From: an uncultured Pseudomonadota bacterium
Lineage (GTDB): Bacteria > Oederibacteriota > Muellerivitia > Muellerivitales > Muellerivitaceae
Direction of reading: 5' to 3'
Assembly: GCA_963836235.1 (NCBI GenBank)
Contig: CAWIIP010000002.1
Span: 64,001 to 128,000 of the forward strand
DNA length: 64,000 nt
Below, piece after piece: positions 19,561-29,723 of the stretch. The notes under the pieces are model-generated. The model was given only the letters and a program-made list of their open reading frames with translations. It was not told the DNA's origin and made no database searches. The position numbers and the translations under genes were made by a program. How positions within the stretch are numbered: the first letter of the stretch is position 1; the number at the start of each line of letters is the position of its first letter.

Positions 19561-21387
19561 TCACAGTGGCAATTCAATGTCTTCAAAATTATCCATGAAT
19601 CTTTGTTGTATTAATGCCAAAAGTGCGTTTTTTGCTTTTTCGGAAGTCACCTGGGTCTGTTTTTCGACTGCGTAACGGCGCCAAGTAACCGTTTGATCCT
19701 TCACTTCATTGGCGCCTACAATCCATATATTTGGAATTTTCTTCGTAATGGCGTTCCTAACCTTTTTAGAAAAAGAGTCATTAGTCAAATCCACCTCTGA
19801 CCGAACCATTGAGTCTCGCAACTCCAAGGCCAGTTTTTCGGCGTAAGGCAGAAAATCTTCTGCCACCGGCACAATTCGTACCTGAATTGGCGACAAAAAT
19901 GTCGGAAAAGCTCCGCCCCATAACTCAATCAAAAACGAAATAAACCTTTCGTGAGTACTAAGAGGAGATCTATGAATGATGAGTGGTTTTTGTTTAGAGC
20001 CGTCAGCGGCCGAATATTCCAAGTTGAACCTTTCAGGGTTTGAAAAATCCAATTGAACGGTTGAAATAGTTTCTTCCCTTCCCAGGACATTTTCAGTTTG
20101 GTAATCAATCTTGGGGCCATAAAAGGCCGCTTCCCCAATGGCCTCTTCGTATTCGACATTCAATTCCCGCAAAACTTCCCTTAAGGTATTTTCCGTTTTT
20201 GTCCAAAGCTCTTCGTTATCAACAAATTTTTCTTTGTCCTGATCATGAAGGGATAATCGGATCCAGATTTTATTCATCCTGAATTTTTCGTAGTAATTTT
20301 TGGTCAAAGCGACAACTTTTTTGATTTCTTGCTTGACTTGGGCCACCGTACAATAAATATGTGCGTCATTCTGAGTGAGCCCTCGAACCCGCAACAATCC
20401 CGCCAATTGTCCGGATTTTTCATAACGATATACGGTTCCATACTCGGCCAACCGTAATGGCAATTCGCGATAACTCCGCGGGCGGTTAAGGTAAATCATG
20501 TGATGATGGGGGCAATTCATCGGTTTCAAATAAAATTCTTCAGAAGGCGCCTCCGGATCCTTTTCAACGCTTCTCATGGGGGGGAACATGGATTCTTTAT
20601 AAAGAGGAAGATGTCCAGAAAGTTTGTAAAGTTCCCCGTTGGCGATGTGAGGTGTGGCCACGCGAACATATCCGTCCTTGAATTCCAAATCCTTAGCTAA
20701 ACTCTCCAGCTCATCCCGAATGATCGTACCATTGGGAAGCCAAAGCGGAAGGCCCTTCCCAACCTCCTCACTGAAAGTAAAAAGTTCCAGCTCTTGGCCC
20801 AACTTTCGATGGTCCCGTTTCAAGGCCAGTTCACGGTTTCTAATGAATTCTTTTAATTCGCTCTCACTGGGAAAAGCCAATCCATAAATGCGGGTCAGCA
20901 TAGGACGCTTCGAGTCGCCCCGCCAGTAACTTCCTGCGATGGAATCCAACTTGAATGACATGACAGGAATTTTAGAGGTGTCGAAAACATGGGGGCCCTC
21001 ACACATATCGACGAAAGGACCGCTGGTATAAAAACTGAGGGCGACATTTGTTTCCAGGAGTTCCTTTGCATATTCAGCTTTTAAGCCCTGCCCCATCGAC
21101 GCCAACTTTTCAAGAGCTTGATCCTTAGGTAAATCTTCTCTTTTGAATTCCTGCTTTTCCTGAATGATTTTGCGCATTCGCTTTTCTAAATCAGGAAGGT
21201 CATTTTCGGTTAGCGGTTCTTCCAAAAGCATGTCGTAATAAAAACCAGTACGGATCGGGGGGCCAAAACCCAATTGGGCTCTGGGACGAACCTGTAACAC
21301 AGCCTCGGCCAAGATGTGGGCAAGTGAATGTCGCATCTTGAGAAGTGATTCGTCCATTTTAAATTTAGGCTCGTGTTTTTCAGACAT
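19561..21387 (-). CDS. thrS: Threonine--tRNA ligase (no N-terminal TGS domain)
   Basis: RHSLAHILA, DMCEGPH, DHRKLG, KPMNCPHH, GEAAFYGPKID. Confidence 0.98.
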   Translation of the reverse strand: MSEKHEPKFKMDESLLKMRHSLAHILAEAVLQVRPRAQLGFGPPIRTGFYYDMLLEEPLTENDLPDLEKRMRKIIQEKQEFKREDLPKDQALEKLASMGQGLKAEYAKELLETNVALSFYTSGPFVDMCEGPHVFDTSKIPVMSFKLDSIAGSYWRGDSKRPMLTRIYGLAFPSESELKEFIRNRELALKRDHRKLGQELELFTFSEEVGKGLPLWLPNGTIIRDELESLAKDLEFKDGYVRVATPHIANGELYKLSGHLPLYKESMFPPMRSVEKDPEAPSEEFYLKPMNCPHHHMIYLNRPRSYRELPLRLAEYGTVYRYEKSGQLAGLLRVRGLTQNDAHIYCTVAQVKQEIKKVVALTKNYYEKFRMNKIWIRLSLHDQDKEKFVDNEELWTKTENTLREVLRELNVEYEEAIGEAAFYGPKIDYQTENVLGREETISTVQLDFSNPERFNLEYSAADGSKQKPLIIHRSPLSTHERFISFLIELWGGAFPTFLSPIQVRIVPVAEDFLPYAEKLALELRDSMVRSEVDLTNDSFSKKVRNAITKKIPNIWIVGANEVKDQTVTWRRYAVEKQTQVTSEKAKNALLALIQQRFMDNFEDIELPL

Positions 21388-21491
21388 GGATCCGCCTAGG
21401 TCAAAGAGAAAAGTTGAAGAACATTAAATACGGTCGTCGGATTTCGGGAAACATTCTTCGAACAAAACCTCAGATCAATTGAAGCGAAGAA

Positions 21492-21568
21492 TGGTGGGCG
21501 TAACTGGACTCGAACCAGTGACCCCTTCCATGTCAAGGAAGTACTCTAACCAGCTGAGCTATACGCCC
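21492..21568 (-). tRNA. tRNA-Val(GAC)
   Basis: GGGCGTATAGCTCAGCTGGTTAGAG..CTTCC-TTGACAT-GGAAG..GGTTCGAGTCC..CGCCCACCA. Confidence 0.97.
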
Positions 21569-21665
21569 CCAATATCCCTACCATTACCCGTTTCAACTTT
21601 CAAAGAAACGAACCCTATCTTATAAAGCTTTCATCCATTCGTTTCAACATTTTTGAAAATTTTTA

Positions 21666-22337
21666 TTACATCAAGACATTTTTAATGGTGTCCGAGAAAT
21701 CCGAAAACTTATCGTTATAATCCTTCTCGCTCAGGCGAATGACTTCAAACGCTTCTTCCCTCCCATAGGTATGGGCAATTTCTGTTTTGCCTAAATTGAC
21801 CGACGGAAAATCTTTGTAGGTCAGGAAATAATGGCGAAGACGATCTATGAGGTTGTGAGGGCAATCGTTAATGTCCGCCATATTTCCATAAACTAGGTCA
21901 CTCCGCAGGACCGCAATGATCTTGTCATCCGCTTCCCCATTATCGATCATCCGTAGTCCGCCAATCGGCTTGGCTTCCACCATAATGTCACTTTTGAAAA
22001 TCGGCCTCTCAGACAAAATACAGATATCTAGCGGATCCATATCCCCGGTGATCTTGTCAAGCTTCATTTTCTTCGCAAAATATTCGGACACTTTTGGTCC
22101 ACAATAGGTCCGCGGGATAAAACCATAGAGCGACGGGCATTGGCTGGAAAAAGCTTGGGGTCGGTCCACTTTCAAAAAACCAGTTGTCTTATCCACTTCA
22201 TACTTGACCATATCCGTTGGGGTGATTTCAACATAAGCGTTAACCACTGTCGGTGCATTTTTTCCAATATCCATCCCATGCCAGGGATGATGGCGAAACA
22301 AAAACCGTGAATATTTGGAAAAAATGTCATCGGCCAT
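21666..22337 (-). CDS. ppa: Inorganic pyrophosphatase (family I)
   Basis: HPWHG, KYEVDK, YGFIPRT, GDMDPLDI, DDKIIAV. Confidence 0.95.
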   Translation of the reverse strand: MADDIFSKYSRFLFRHHPWHGMDIGKNAPTVVNAYVEITPTDMVKYEVDKTTGFLKVDRPQAFSSQCPSLYGFIPRTYCGPKVSEYFAKKMKLDKITGDMDPLDICILSERPIFKSDIMVEAKPIGGLRMIDNGEADDKIIAVLRSDLVYGNMADINDCPHNLIDRLRHYFLTYKDFPSVNLGKTEIAHTYGREEAFEVIRLSEKDYNDKFSDFSDTIKNVLM

Positions 22338-22527
22338 TTAAAACTCCAACCTAGGTTGATCAAAGCTATTCTGTGCTTCCAAAAGGATGGCACGATTCTA
22401 TCCAACTAGATCAGTCTGTCTACTTTTTATTTCGAAACATCAATCAAAGACTTCCGAATAATGCCCCCATCAGAAACGATCAAACTAGGCCCAGTTTACT
22501 TAAAAGTCTGCATGATAAGGTCCATAA

Positions 22528-24096
22528 TTAAGGCTGGTGGGCTGGTTTTAAAAGGTCGAAAACCGTTTTAACTGGAGTGAAAGTTTCTATCGGAACCTCG
22601 ATGAACATCGTCACCCAATTGGCCATAGCCCCGTTCCACAATCCAGGTAGTTCCAACGCTTTTAATTCACGACCTTCAAAGGATTTATGACTAATAAAAA
22701 CCGCATTAGGGTCCCGGTATTTTCTCAAATCAAAAGCTCTTCCCTTCCAATCCCGGACACCACAAATCAAATCCACCGGATTGAAATGGGTTGAACTCTC
22801 AAATATTTTTTTCTGTTTTACATTAGCCCAATCAACTTGAGCGCTTTCAACAATTTGCAATGAAAGTTTTCCTTTTTCGTCTCTCACCCAAAAAGGGCCG
22901 CCGCCCGGTTCACCACTTGCCGGAACAACGCCACAAACACGGATCGGCCGATTTAGGTATGCCTTCAATCGTTGGGCCTGTTGTCTATTGGTTAAGTGGT
23001 TAAAATCCTTTCCAAGTTCCAACCTAAGCGTTCGTCTGGCAAACTCTTCGGCCTCCAGCAAAACGCCTCTCCTGATTTTTCGATTATGAAGTTTAACCAT
23101 CATTTTAAATAAATAAGACTGGACTCCCGACAAGTAACCGCCCAGGATTTTCTTCCACTGGACCGTTTCCTCCAAGTGTTGTTCTAAAGCCACATTATCG
23201 ATATTCTTGATAAAAACGAGGTCTCCTTTGAGCCTATTTAAATTTTCCAAAAGGGCCCCATGCCCCGAAGGACGGAAGACCAAATTTCCCTTTCGATCTC
23301 GAAAAGGTTGGCTTTGTGTGTCAGCAGCCAAAGTATTGGTACCGGATTCCTGGATCGAAAAATCGACGTCAAACTTTACGCCGTATTTTTTCTCATATTT
23401 CTCTCGGACTAACATAAAGTGATTTCGACACTGATCCTTATGTTCTTCCGATACAGTAAAATGTATTTGGCATTGCTTCCTCCTGTCCTTCACATACTGG
23501 ACACCTTCAACCAGATGCTCTTCCAAAGGAGTCCGTTTTTCTGAGGAATAAGCATGAAACTGGATTAGGCCTTTTGGTTTTTGTGAATAGTTCAGCCCTT
23601 CCGGTAACAACAAGGCCTTCAATATTTCCTGAAAGCGCCCTTCCCGACGTAAGGTTTCCAGGTCTAACCGTTTCTTGGCGAGCGTGTGGCCAAGTTCGTC
23701 AAAAAATGCGATTTTGGATAATGATTCCATAAAATCAAGGAACTGACAGCTTTCCTTTTCTCCATGTAAAACCTCAGCCTTGAGAGACGCCGCGGAAAAA
23801 GGTTCCCGCTGCAAAAATTTCATGAGCAAGTGAAACATGCGGCTGGCGGCACCAGAAGCTGGCACAAATTTAGTAAGTTTTCCTTTGGAAACGGCCTTCT
23901 CGTAGGTTTTTAAAGCTTCTTTTTTTTCAGCGGAACTTAATCGGCGAATGCCATCATCAACTTGAGCCGGACGTTCTAATTGGATAAAAGAGGGAGGATT
24001 TCGAAAAAGACAGAGTTGCCGTGAAGCTTCCTTGAGATCAATACCCAAGGATCTCATCTGTTTAATATCTTTCGGGGTCCAGTCGAAGGATTTCAC
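22528..24096 (-). CDS. DUF4301 family protein
   Basis: KFVPASGAASRMF, FRPSGHGALLENL, GEPGGGPFW, THFNPVDL, LELPGLWNGAM. Confidence 0.9.
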   Translation of the reverse strand: MKSFDWTPKDIKQMRSLGIDLKEASRQLCLFRNPPSFIQLERPAQVDDGIRRLSSAEKKEALKTYEKAVSKGKLTKFVPASGAASRMFHLLMKFLQREPFSAASLKAEVLHGEKESCQFLDFMESLSKIAFFDELGHTLAKKRLDLETLRREGRFQEILKALLLPEGLNYSQKPKGLIQFHAYSSEKRTPLEEHLVEGVQYVKDRRKQCQIHFTVSEEHKDQCRNHFMLVREKYEKKYGVKFDVDFSIQESGTNTLAADTQSQPFRDRKGNLVFRPSGHGALLENLNRLKGDLVFIKNIDNVALEQHLEETVQWKKILGGYLSGVQSYLFKMMVKLHNRKIRRGVLLEAEEFARRTLRLELGKDFNHLTNRQQAQRLKAYLNRPIRVCGVVPASGEPGGGPFWVRDEKGKLSLQIVESAQVDWANVKQKKIFESSTHFNPVDLICGVRDWKGRAFDLRKYRDPNAVFISHKSFEGRELKALELPGLWNGAMANWVTMFIEVPIETFTPVKTVFDLLKPAHQP

Positions 24097-24212
24097 GAGG
24101 CACCTTCAAAATACAAATAGCATTTATACCATTTAAAGCCAAAAGAGCATTCGACAAAACTACCAAATCCTGTCCCACAAGTAACAACTAAATTTATTTA
24201 AAAAATTAAATT

Positions 24213-24288
24213 TGGAGGCGGCAGGCGGATTTGAACCGCCGAATCGCGGTTTTGCAGACCGCTCCCTTAACCACTTGGGTATGCCGCC
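24213..24288 (-). tRNA. tRNA-Cys(GCA)
   Basis: GGCGGCATACCCAAGTGG..GCGGT-CTGCAAA-ACCGC..GGTTCAAATCC..CTCCA. Confidence 0.96.
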
Positions 24289-24386
24289 TCATGCTTCGAA
24301 TTTAAACGAACAAGCCCAGACAAAGCCTGGGCTTTTGTAAAAATCCAGCCATCTTAGCCTTTAATCTCGCACTGAGAAAAAATAAA

Positions 24387-24461
<75 letters not shown>

Positions 24462-24498
24462 ATATCGGGGTATGATAAGCCCGATCAAATGGAGCGAA

Positions 24499-24527
24499 AT
24501 TATACTTTCCCTAGCTTTCCGCGTCAA
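24499..24527 (-). promoter_or_regulatory. Sigma70 promoter of tRNA-Gly/Cys
   Basis: TTGACG-17-TATAAT. Confidence 0.75.
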
Positions 24528-24597
24528 TCAAGGCCCTTCAAAGTTGCCATTAGTAGCGATGACTTATATTTTTCCCGCATGGCAAAGATAAAATTTA

Positions 24598-25419
24598 TCA
24601 GTCTTTTTTCAAACCCAAATCTTTAACCACTTGTTCAATGATATCAGCATCAATATCTTCTCTTTTCAACAAGTAACCTTCCAGCATCGCATTATCGCAA
24701 GTCGTATTAATCAGGCGGGGAATACCCTTGGTGTAATCGAAAATTCTTTGATAAGCATTTGGCGTGAAAACATCGCGTTCACAACCAGCCACACTCAACC
24801 GGTGCTTGATATATTGTTCCGTTGTTTCTCGGGTCAAAGATTTGATAAAAAATTTCATCGCAACCCGTTGCAAAAGTGGCGGGTCCAAGCCAAGGTACTT
24901 TTCCAACTCGGGAAGTCCTAGAAGAACGATGGAAATAAGCTTACGACCCGGCACTTCCAAGTTCAAAAGCCCTCGGAATTCTTCAAAAATTTCTTTTTTT
25001 TGAAGCATATTAGCTTCATCGATCAATACTACGGCTTTACGGCCTTCTTCATAAATTTTCATAAGGCGTTCGTAAAGTTGCGAAATAATTTGACCCTTAC
25101 TTTCGCCAGGAGCATCCACGCCCAATTGGTGCGCAATTTTCTTTAGCATCCATTCGGCTGAAATTTCACTATGGACGATAACGAGAAGGGTTGCCTCGTA
25201 CTGAGAATCTTGCTCCAATTTTTCAAGGGCCTTGCGAGCTAATAAGGTTTTTCCCGCTCCGATATCACCCACCACTACCGTCAAGCCCTTCATTGTATCA
25301 ACGGCGTGAAGCATACGAACCATAGCCTCAGCATGCTGACTGCTTTCAAAATAAAAGCGGCTATCAGGTGCATTGGAAAAGGCTTGTTCTTTTAATCCAT
25401 AAAAGTTCTCGTAGCTCAT
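24598..25419 (-). CDS. ExeA/GspA family AAA ATPase
   Basis: YENFYGLKEQAFSNAPD, GDIGAGKT, LIDEAN, LLGLPEL, GIPRLIN. Confidence 0.9.
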   Translation of the reverse strand: MSYENFYGLKEQAFSNAPDSRFYFESSQHAEAMVRMLHAVDTMKGLTVVVGDIGAGKTLLARKALEKLEQDSQYEATLLVIVHSEISAEWMLKKIAHQLGVDAPGESKGQIISQLYERLMKIYEEGRKAVVLIDEANMLQKKEIFEEFRGLLNLEVPGRKLISIVLLGLPELEKYLGLDPPLLQRVAMKFFIKSLTRETTEQYIKHRLSVAGCERDVFTPNAYQRIFDYTKGIPRLINTTCDNAMLEGYLLKREDIDADIIEQVVKDLGLKKD

Positions 25420-25566
25420 CAGGTGTCCTTAAACAGGCCTTAAAAAGAGCTACAAGGCTGCCTGTCACCCTGAAACTCCAGCCTACCGGAAGCCGTCAGG
25501 TGGAATCTGGGATATGGGAAATAGACCGAAGAGTTCCCTCGATGAAATTCCCTATTTATTTAAAAA

Positions 25567-28113
25567 TCAGACGTAGCCTACCCTATTTGACTTTTTTTTG
25601 CCACCCGAATCTTTTTCAGGTTCACCTGGATTCGCAGTCGTGGCAGGAAGCGCAGAAGGCTTGGCCCCAGCTATACTTGAAGCGGAAGTTGATGGAGGCG
25701 GCACGGCAGGGACGGATTCAGGTTCCGTCTTACCGCCCTTAGATTTTATCAAGTTTTCAACATCTCTCAATTTTCTTTTGGCTTCCAAATTGTCAGGTTC
25801 ATTTTGAAGAATACGCCTGTATATTTTAGCGGCCTCTTCTGACAAGCCCTGCCGAACATAGATATCCGCAACGGCAATGGTCATAAACTCATCGTGATTT
25901 TCCTCAAGAACATCCCCCTTAGAAGGTGGCGGCGTACGAGAAGTCGAAAAATCCCCGACCAATGCAGCCTTATGTTTGTCTTCTTGAGTTCTCTTCGCGA
26001 TTTCTTCGCGGGTTCGGCGTTCAGCTTCATCACGAAATTTCTGTTCCATCTCTTCCTTAGATTTCTTTTCTAACTCCTCTCGGACTTTTCGATCAACTTC
26101 CTCCTTGGCCTTTTTCAAACCATCTTCCTTGAGGCGTCGTTCAATTTCTTCTCTTGTTTTTCTTTCCACTTCATCTCTAATTCGCTTTTCCGTTTCCGCG
26201 TGGGTAAGACGCTCCATTTCTTCTTTGGCTTTCTTTTCGGCTTCCTCGCGGGCTCTTTTATCAAGTTCCGTTCGTGCCTGGTTTTCGGCTTCCAAACGAG
26301 CTTTTTGCTCCAATTCTGCCCTTAAACGTTTAGCTTCTTCTTGGGCTTTCTTCTCCATCTCCCCCCTTAAACGTTGTTCTTCTTCTTTGATTTTCTTTTC
26401 TTCTTCCAAGGCACCAATAACATCTTCGCCGGTTTTAACATAAGCTGTATATGCCTGGTTCAACCTAGTTTTGATTTCAACATTTTCCGGATGAGCCTCA
26501 ACTAGCTGCTGATAAATCTCAATAGCCTCTTCAACTAAACCTTGTTTCACGTAATTTTCAGCAATGGACATTTGATCGGCGATTTCGTCCTCATGATTCA
26601 ATTCCATCGTAACAGACTTTATTTTTTCAGGAACAACAGGAATCGAAACGGGCACAGATGAACTCGGGGTAGGTCTAGTATCTTCTGCAAAAGGCTTTGA
26701 AACATCATGCTCCAAATCCAATACACCGGTCACAGAAACCTTCGGAGGCGCAGCGTTTATCTTGGGAGGTAAATCAGGGGTTCCAGTGGAAGGAAAAACA
26801 GACGCGCCAGCGACAACTTCTCCCATCATACGTTTCTGTGCTTCCGAATGTCCCGGATTCAATTCCAAAGTTTTCCTTATAAACTCTCCAGCTTGATCCT
26901 TTTTGTTTTGTTTTTCATAAACCAACGCCAATTTAAAGAAAGCATCCGCTGCCCCATTTTTATCATCCAGTCGTTTCAAGGCATCAGCCAATTTCGTGTA
27001 AGCAATCGCTGAATTCTCATCTATCGCGATGATCGATCGTGCCAATTCGGCAGTTTTCAAATGTTCGTTTTTTGAGGCATATTGCTCGATGAGAATCATA
27101 AGATTATTGACCGCTTCGGTCTTGTTCCCTTTCTTAAGAGAAACCTCAACCCAAGCCTCCAAAGCAACCACATTGTCCTTTTCTATTTTCAGGGCTTTTT
27201 GAATATTTTCCGCCGCTTTATCCGGCTGGTTAAGTTCCAAAAGAACCAATCCCAGATTGGTTAAAGCGCCAACATGATTAACCTTGAATCGAAGAAGACT
27301 TTCGAACTCGGCTTTTGCGTCGGAGAGTTTTTGTTTTTTGAAAAGCACCATACCCAGCACATAATGAGCTTCGATACTCTTTAACTCGACCGCCTTGGCG
27401 GCATAGGCATCGGCATTGACGAGGTCGCCCGCATTCAAAGCCTGTTCAGCCGCGTTCAAGTATTCTTTTTTTGCGTCGCCTTCCGATCCTTGCTTGACGA
27501 ATATTTGGGCTAGGTTAATATGGGCCTCGGTACTGGAAGGATCCAGTTGGACCACCCTCGCATACATTTCCTGCGCTTTTTTATACAAACGATTTTTCAG
27601 GAAAGTCGCACCCAACACTTGATATTGTTTGACGGCCTCGGCCACTTGCCCTTTTTTCTCGAATAATTCCCCAAGTTTATAAAAAGCCGCAAGATTTTCG
27701 CTGTCCATTTTTAAGACTTCGCTTAAAGCCTCAATAGCGGAATCCACATCCCCCTGCTCCATGGCCGTCTCAGCTTTTAGGGTTTGTTTGATCATGCTTT
27801 GTCTTTTCTGGGCGTCGGAAGGAAGAAGACCCGTATCCAAAACGGCTATTTTTTTATTAACAATGGCAGCCTTGTCCGACTGCCCGCGGGATGAAAAATC
27901 TGCAGAAACTTTAACATACTCTTCGAACGCTTCACGGGTCGAACCCTTTTTCACGTATACATCGCCTAACATATTATGGGTATTAATATCTTCAGGATCC
28001 AAAGCAATGAGTTTTTTGTATTCCTCTATCGCCTTGTCCCATCGGCCTTCTTGGAAATAAATATAGGCCATTTTAACGATATTTTTTTTATCCCCGCTGG
28101 CAGGAGCGCTCAT
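25567..28113 (-). CDS. Cytoplasmic multi-TPR protein with long E/K/R charged helix
   Basis: Many TPRs, Pro-rich linker, ~150-aa EKR-rich helix, C-terminal TIAVADIYVRQG TPR. Confidence 0.88.
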   Translation of the reverse strand: MSAPASGDKKNIVKMAYIYFQEGRWDKAIEEYKKLIALDPEDINTHNMLGDVYVKKGSTREAFEEYVKVSADFSSRGQSDKAAIVNKKIAVLDTGLLPSDAQKRQSMIKQTLKAETAMEQGDVDSAIEALSEVLKMDSENLAAFYKLGELFEKKGQVAEAVKQYQVLGATFLKNRLYKKAQEMYARVVQLDPSSTEAHINLAQIFVKQGSEGDAKKEYLNAAEQALNAGDLVNADAYAAKAVELKSIEAHYVLGMVLFKKQKLSDAKAEFESLLRFKVNHVGALTNLGLVLLELNQPDKAAENIQKALKIEKDNVVALEAWVEVSLKKGNKTEAVNNLMILIEQYASKNEHLKTAELARSIIAIDENSAIAYTKLADALKRLDDKNGAADAFFKLALVYEKQNKKDQAGEFIRKTLELNPGHSEAQKRMMGEVVAGASVFPSTGTPDLPPKINAAPPKVSVTGVLDLEHDVSKPFAEDTRPTPSSSVPVSIPVVPEKIKSVTMELNHEDEIADQMSIAENYVKQGLVEEAIEIYQQLVEAHPENVEIKTRLNQAYTAYVKTGEDVIGALEEEKKIKEEEQRLRGEMEKKAQEEAKRLRAELEQKARLEAENQARTELDKRAREEAEKKAKEEMERLTHAETEKRIRDEVERKTREEIERRLKEDGLKKAKEEVDRKVREELEKKSKEEMEQKFRDEAERRTREEIAKRTQEDKHKAALVGDFSTSRTPPPSKGDVLEENHDEFMTIAVADIYVRQGLSEEAAKIYRRILQNEPDNLEAKRKLRDVENLIKSKGGKTEPESVPAVPPPSTSASSIAGAKPSALPATTANPGEPEKDSGGKKKSNRVGYV

Positions 28114-28146
28114 AAAACCTCTAAAACTATATGAAATACCAAAGTT

Positions 28147-28175
28147 ACTATAACATTGGCATTTTTTATTCGCAA
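28147..28175 (-). promoter_or_regulatory. Sigma70-type promoter of the TPR gene
   Basis: TTGCGA-17-TATAGT with extended TG. Confidence 0.55.
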
Positions 28176-28516
28176 GGAAATGAGACTTATTGCAAGGCTT
28201 TCGACCCTAAAGAAACAAAAAATTTCATCTACAAGACAAGAAGATATGACAAAAGGGGTAGAAACAAGACAAATCTAGCCATAAAGTGTCGAAAAACCTT
28301 TTCCAATCTGATCGACAACCAGAATCCAAAACAGATCAATAGAATTTTTTCTGAAGAGAACCTCTTCGAGGAATCATTCCTCTTTTGATCCATTTGATAA
28401 AACACACAAAAGCCGACTACCTTTCGAAGCTTTTTTTATCCTTCAAAAGAAATAAATTCTTCTTTAGTTTTTTCGAGAGACCTTTAAACTTGGCTAAGTC
28501 TGACTTCCAAATGATA

Positions 28517-28855
28517 TCAAGCTTTGAAATCGATATGGCGAATTGATTGGTTCTGAAGGGAACTTTCCTTCGCTTCCGAATCCTCGTTTTCCAGCGAACC
28601 GTCTTTTAAATATCGCGAAGGTTTATAGCCACCCGCGTCAGAATTCGCTTCACCCTTTACATTGTCGATCTTTTCCGGGCTATTTTTTTTAAGAAATTCT
28701 TCTGAGACTTGATGGGCCTTTTCAACTTGCTCTGCCACCTCCGCCCTGGCGCGATTAGCTTGGCGAAGTTTCGTGGACTCCTGAGCGGCCTGGGCAATCG
28801 CCATGCTATCGGCAATTACCTTCATATAATTATTCGTATTTTGAACACCCCGCAT
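28517..28855 (-). CDS. Hypothetical protein
   Basis: AGGAGG RBS; 112 aa ending HIDFKA. Confidence 0.7.
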   Translation of the reverse strand: MRGVQNTNNYMKVIADSMAIAQAAQESTKLRQANRARAEVAEQVEKAHQVSEEFLKKNSPEKIDNVKGEANSDAGGYKPSRYLKDGSLENEDSEAKESSLQNQSIRHIDFKA

Positions 28856-29034
28856 CCCGACAAACCTCCTTCACATTAGAAAAAAGAAATCGAATACATT
28901 TTCAATTCTTGATTTTAACAATTCTCAAGGATAAAGTTCAATTGTGTCCTATCTCAAAAATCTCGAAAAAACCTAAGAAATTGTCCACAATTTGTGAACC
29001 TTTTCAAAACTTGAGGTTATATTCTTTTTTATCA

Positions 29035-29628
29035 TCATCTCGCTTTATTATTCAACTTTGCCAATGGGGCATAACGAAAACAACTCTGGATATGGTCATT
29101 AACCATTCCAACAGCTTGCATATGCGCATAAAGTACCGTGGGTCCTAGAAATTTGAACCCTCTTTTTTTCAAATCCTTTGCCCAAAACAAAGCTTCCGGA
29201 ATTTGAGTTGGGTAATCCTTTAAAGTTTTAAATCGATGTTGACGTGATTTCCCTCCCACCCAGGACCACATATATCGAGAAAATGTTCCAAATTCCCGGC
29301 GAACATCAAGGAATCTTTGGGCATTACTAATGGTCGCAAGTATCTTTGCCCGATTGCGAATGATCCCTTTGTCATTCATCAACCACCGGACATCATTGAG
29401 TCCAAAACGGGCAATTTTATTTACGTCAAATTCCGAAAAATCCTTTCGAAAATTGTCTCGTTTGTGTAAAACGGTTCTCCAGGAAAGACCCGCTTGAAAT
29501 GATTCCAACACCAGAAACTCAAATATTTTCCGATCATTGCGAACCGGAACACCCCATTCCCGATCATGGTAACGTCGCATGAGGACATCATCCTCACCCG
29601 GCCAGGGACAACGTGATAATAGTTTCAT
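29035..29628 (-). CDS. tag: DNA-3-methyladenine glycosylase I
   Basis: RCPW, YHDREWG, LESFQAGLSW, IIRNRAKI, QAVGMVNDH..C. Confidence 0.96.
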   Translation of the reverse strand: MKLLSRCPWPGEDDVLMRRYHDREWGVPVRNDRKIFEFLVLESFQAGLSWRTVLHKRDNFRKDFSEFDVNKIARFGLNDVRWLMNDKGIIRNRAKILATISNAQRFLDVRREFGTFSRYMWSWVGGKSRQHRFKTLKDYPTQIPEALFWAKDLKKRGFKFLGPTVLYAHMQAVGMVNDHIQSCFRYAPLAKLNNKAR

Positions 29629-29723
29629 GGAAGTGGATTGAACTGGTTATAGAATCGAGTCATCGTCCCTAGTTTGGAGCGTCAGTAGAAAGGACCAAGA
29701 AGACAAAAATAGAAGAATCGCTT

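Noticed and set aside
22388-22403. Sigma54-like TGGCAC
   Set aside because: Lacks the -12 TTGC and has no plus-strand gene downstream
24487-24496. AAATGGAGCG copy of the tRNA-Gly 3' end just upstream of the tRNA
   Set aside because: Only 10 bp, inside the promoter discriminator region, with no element between the copies
25420-25566. Structured-looking spacer between the TPR and ExeA genes (6S, SRP or riboswitch?)
   Set aside because: Only short weak stems and no diagnostic motif recognised
28131-28388. 85-aa plus-strand ORF
   Set aside because: No RBS, overlaps the TPR promoter, no recognisable features
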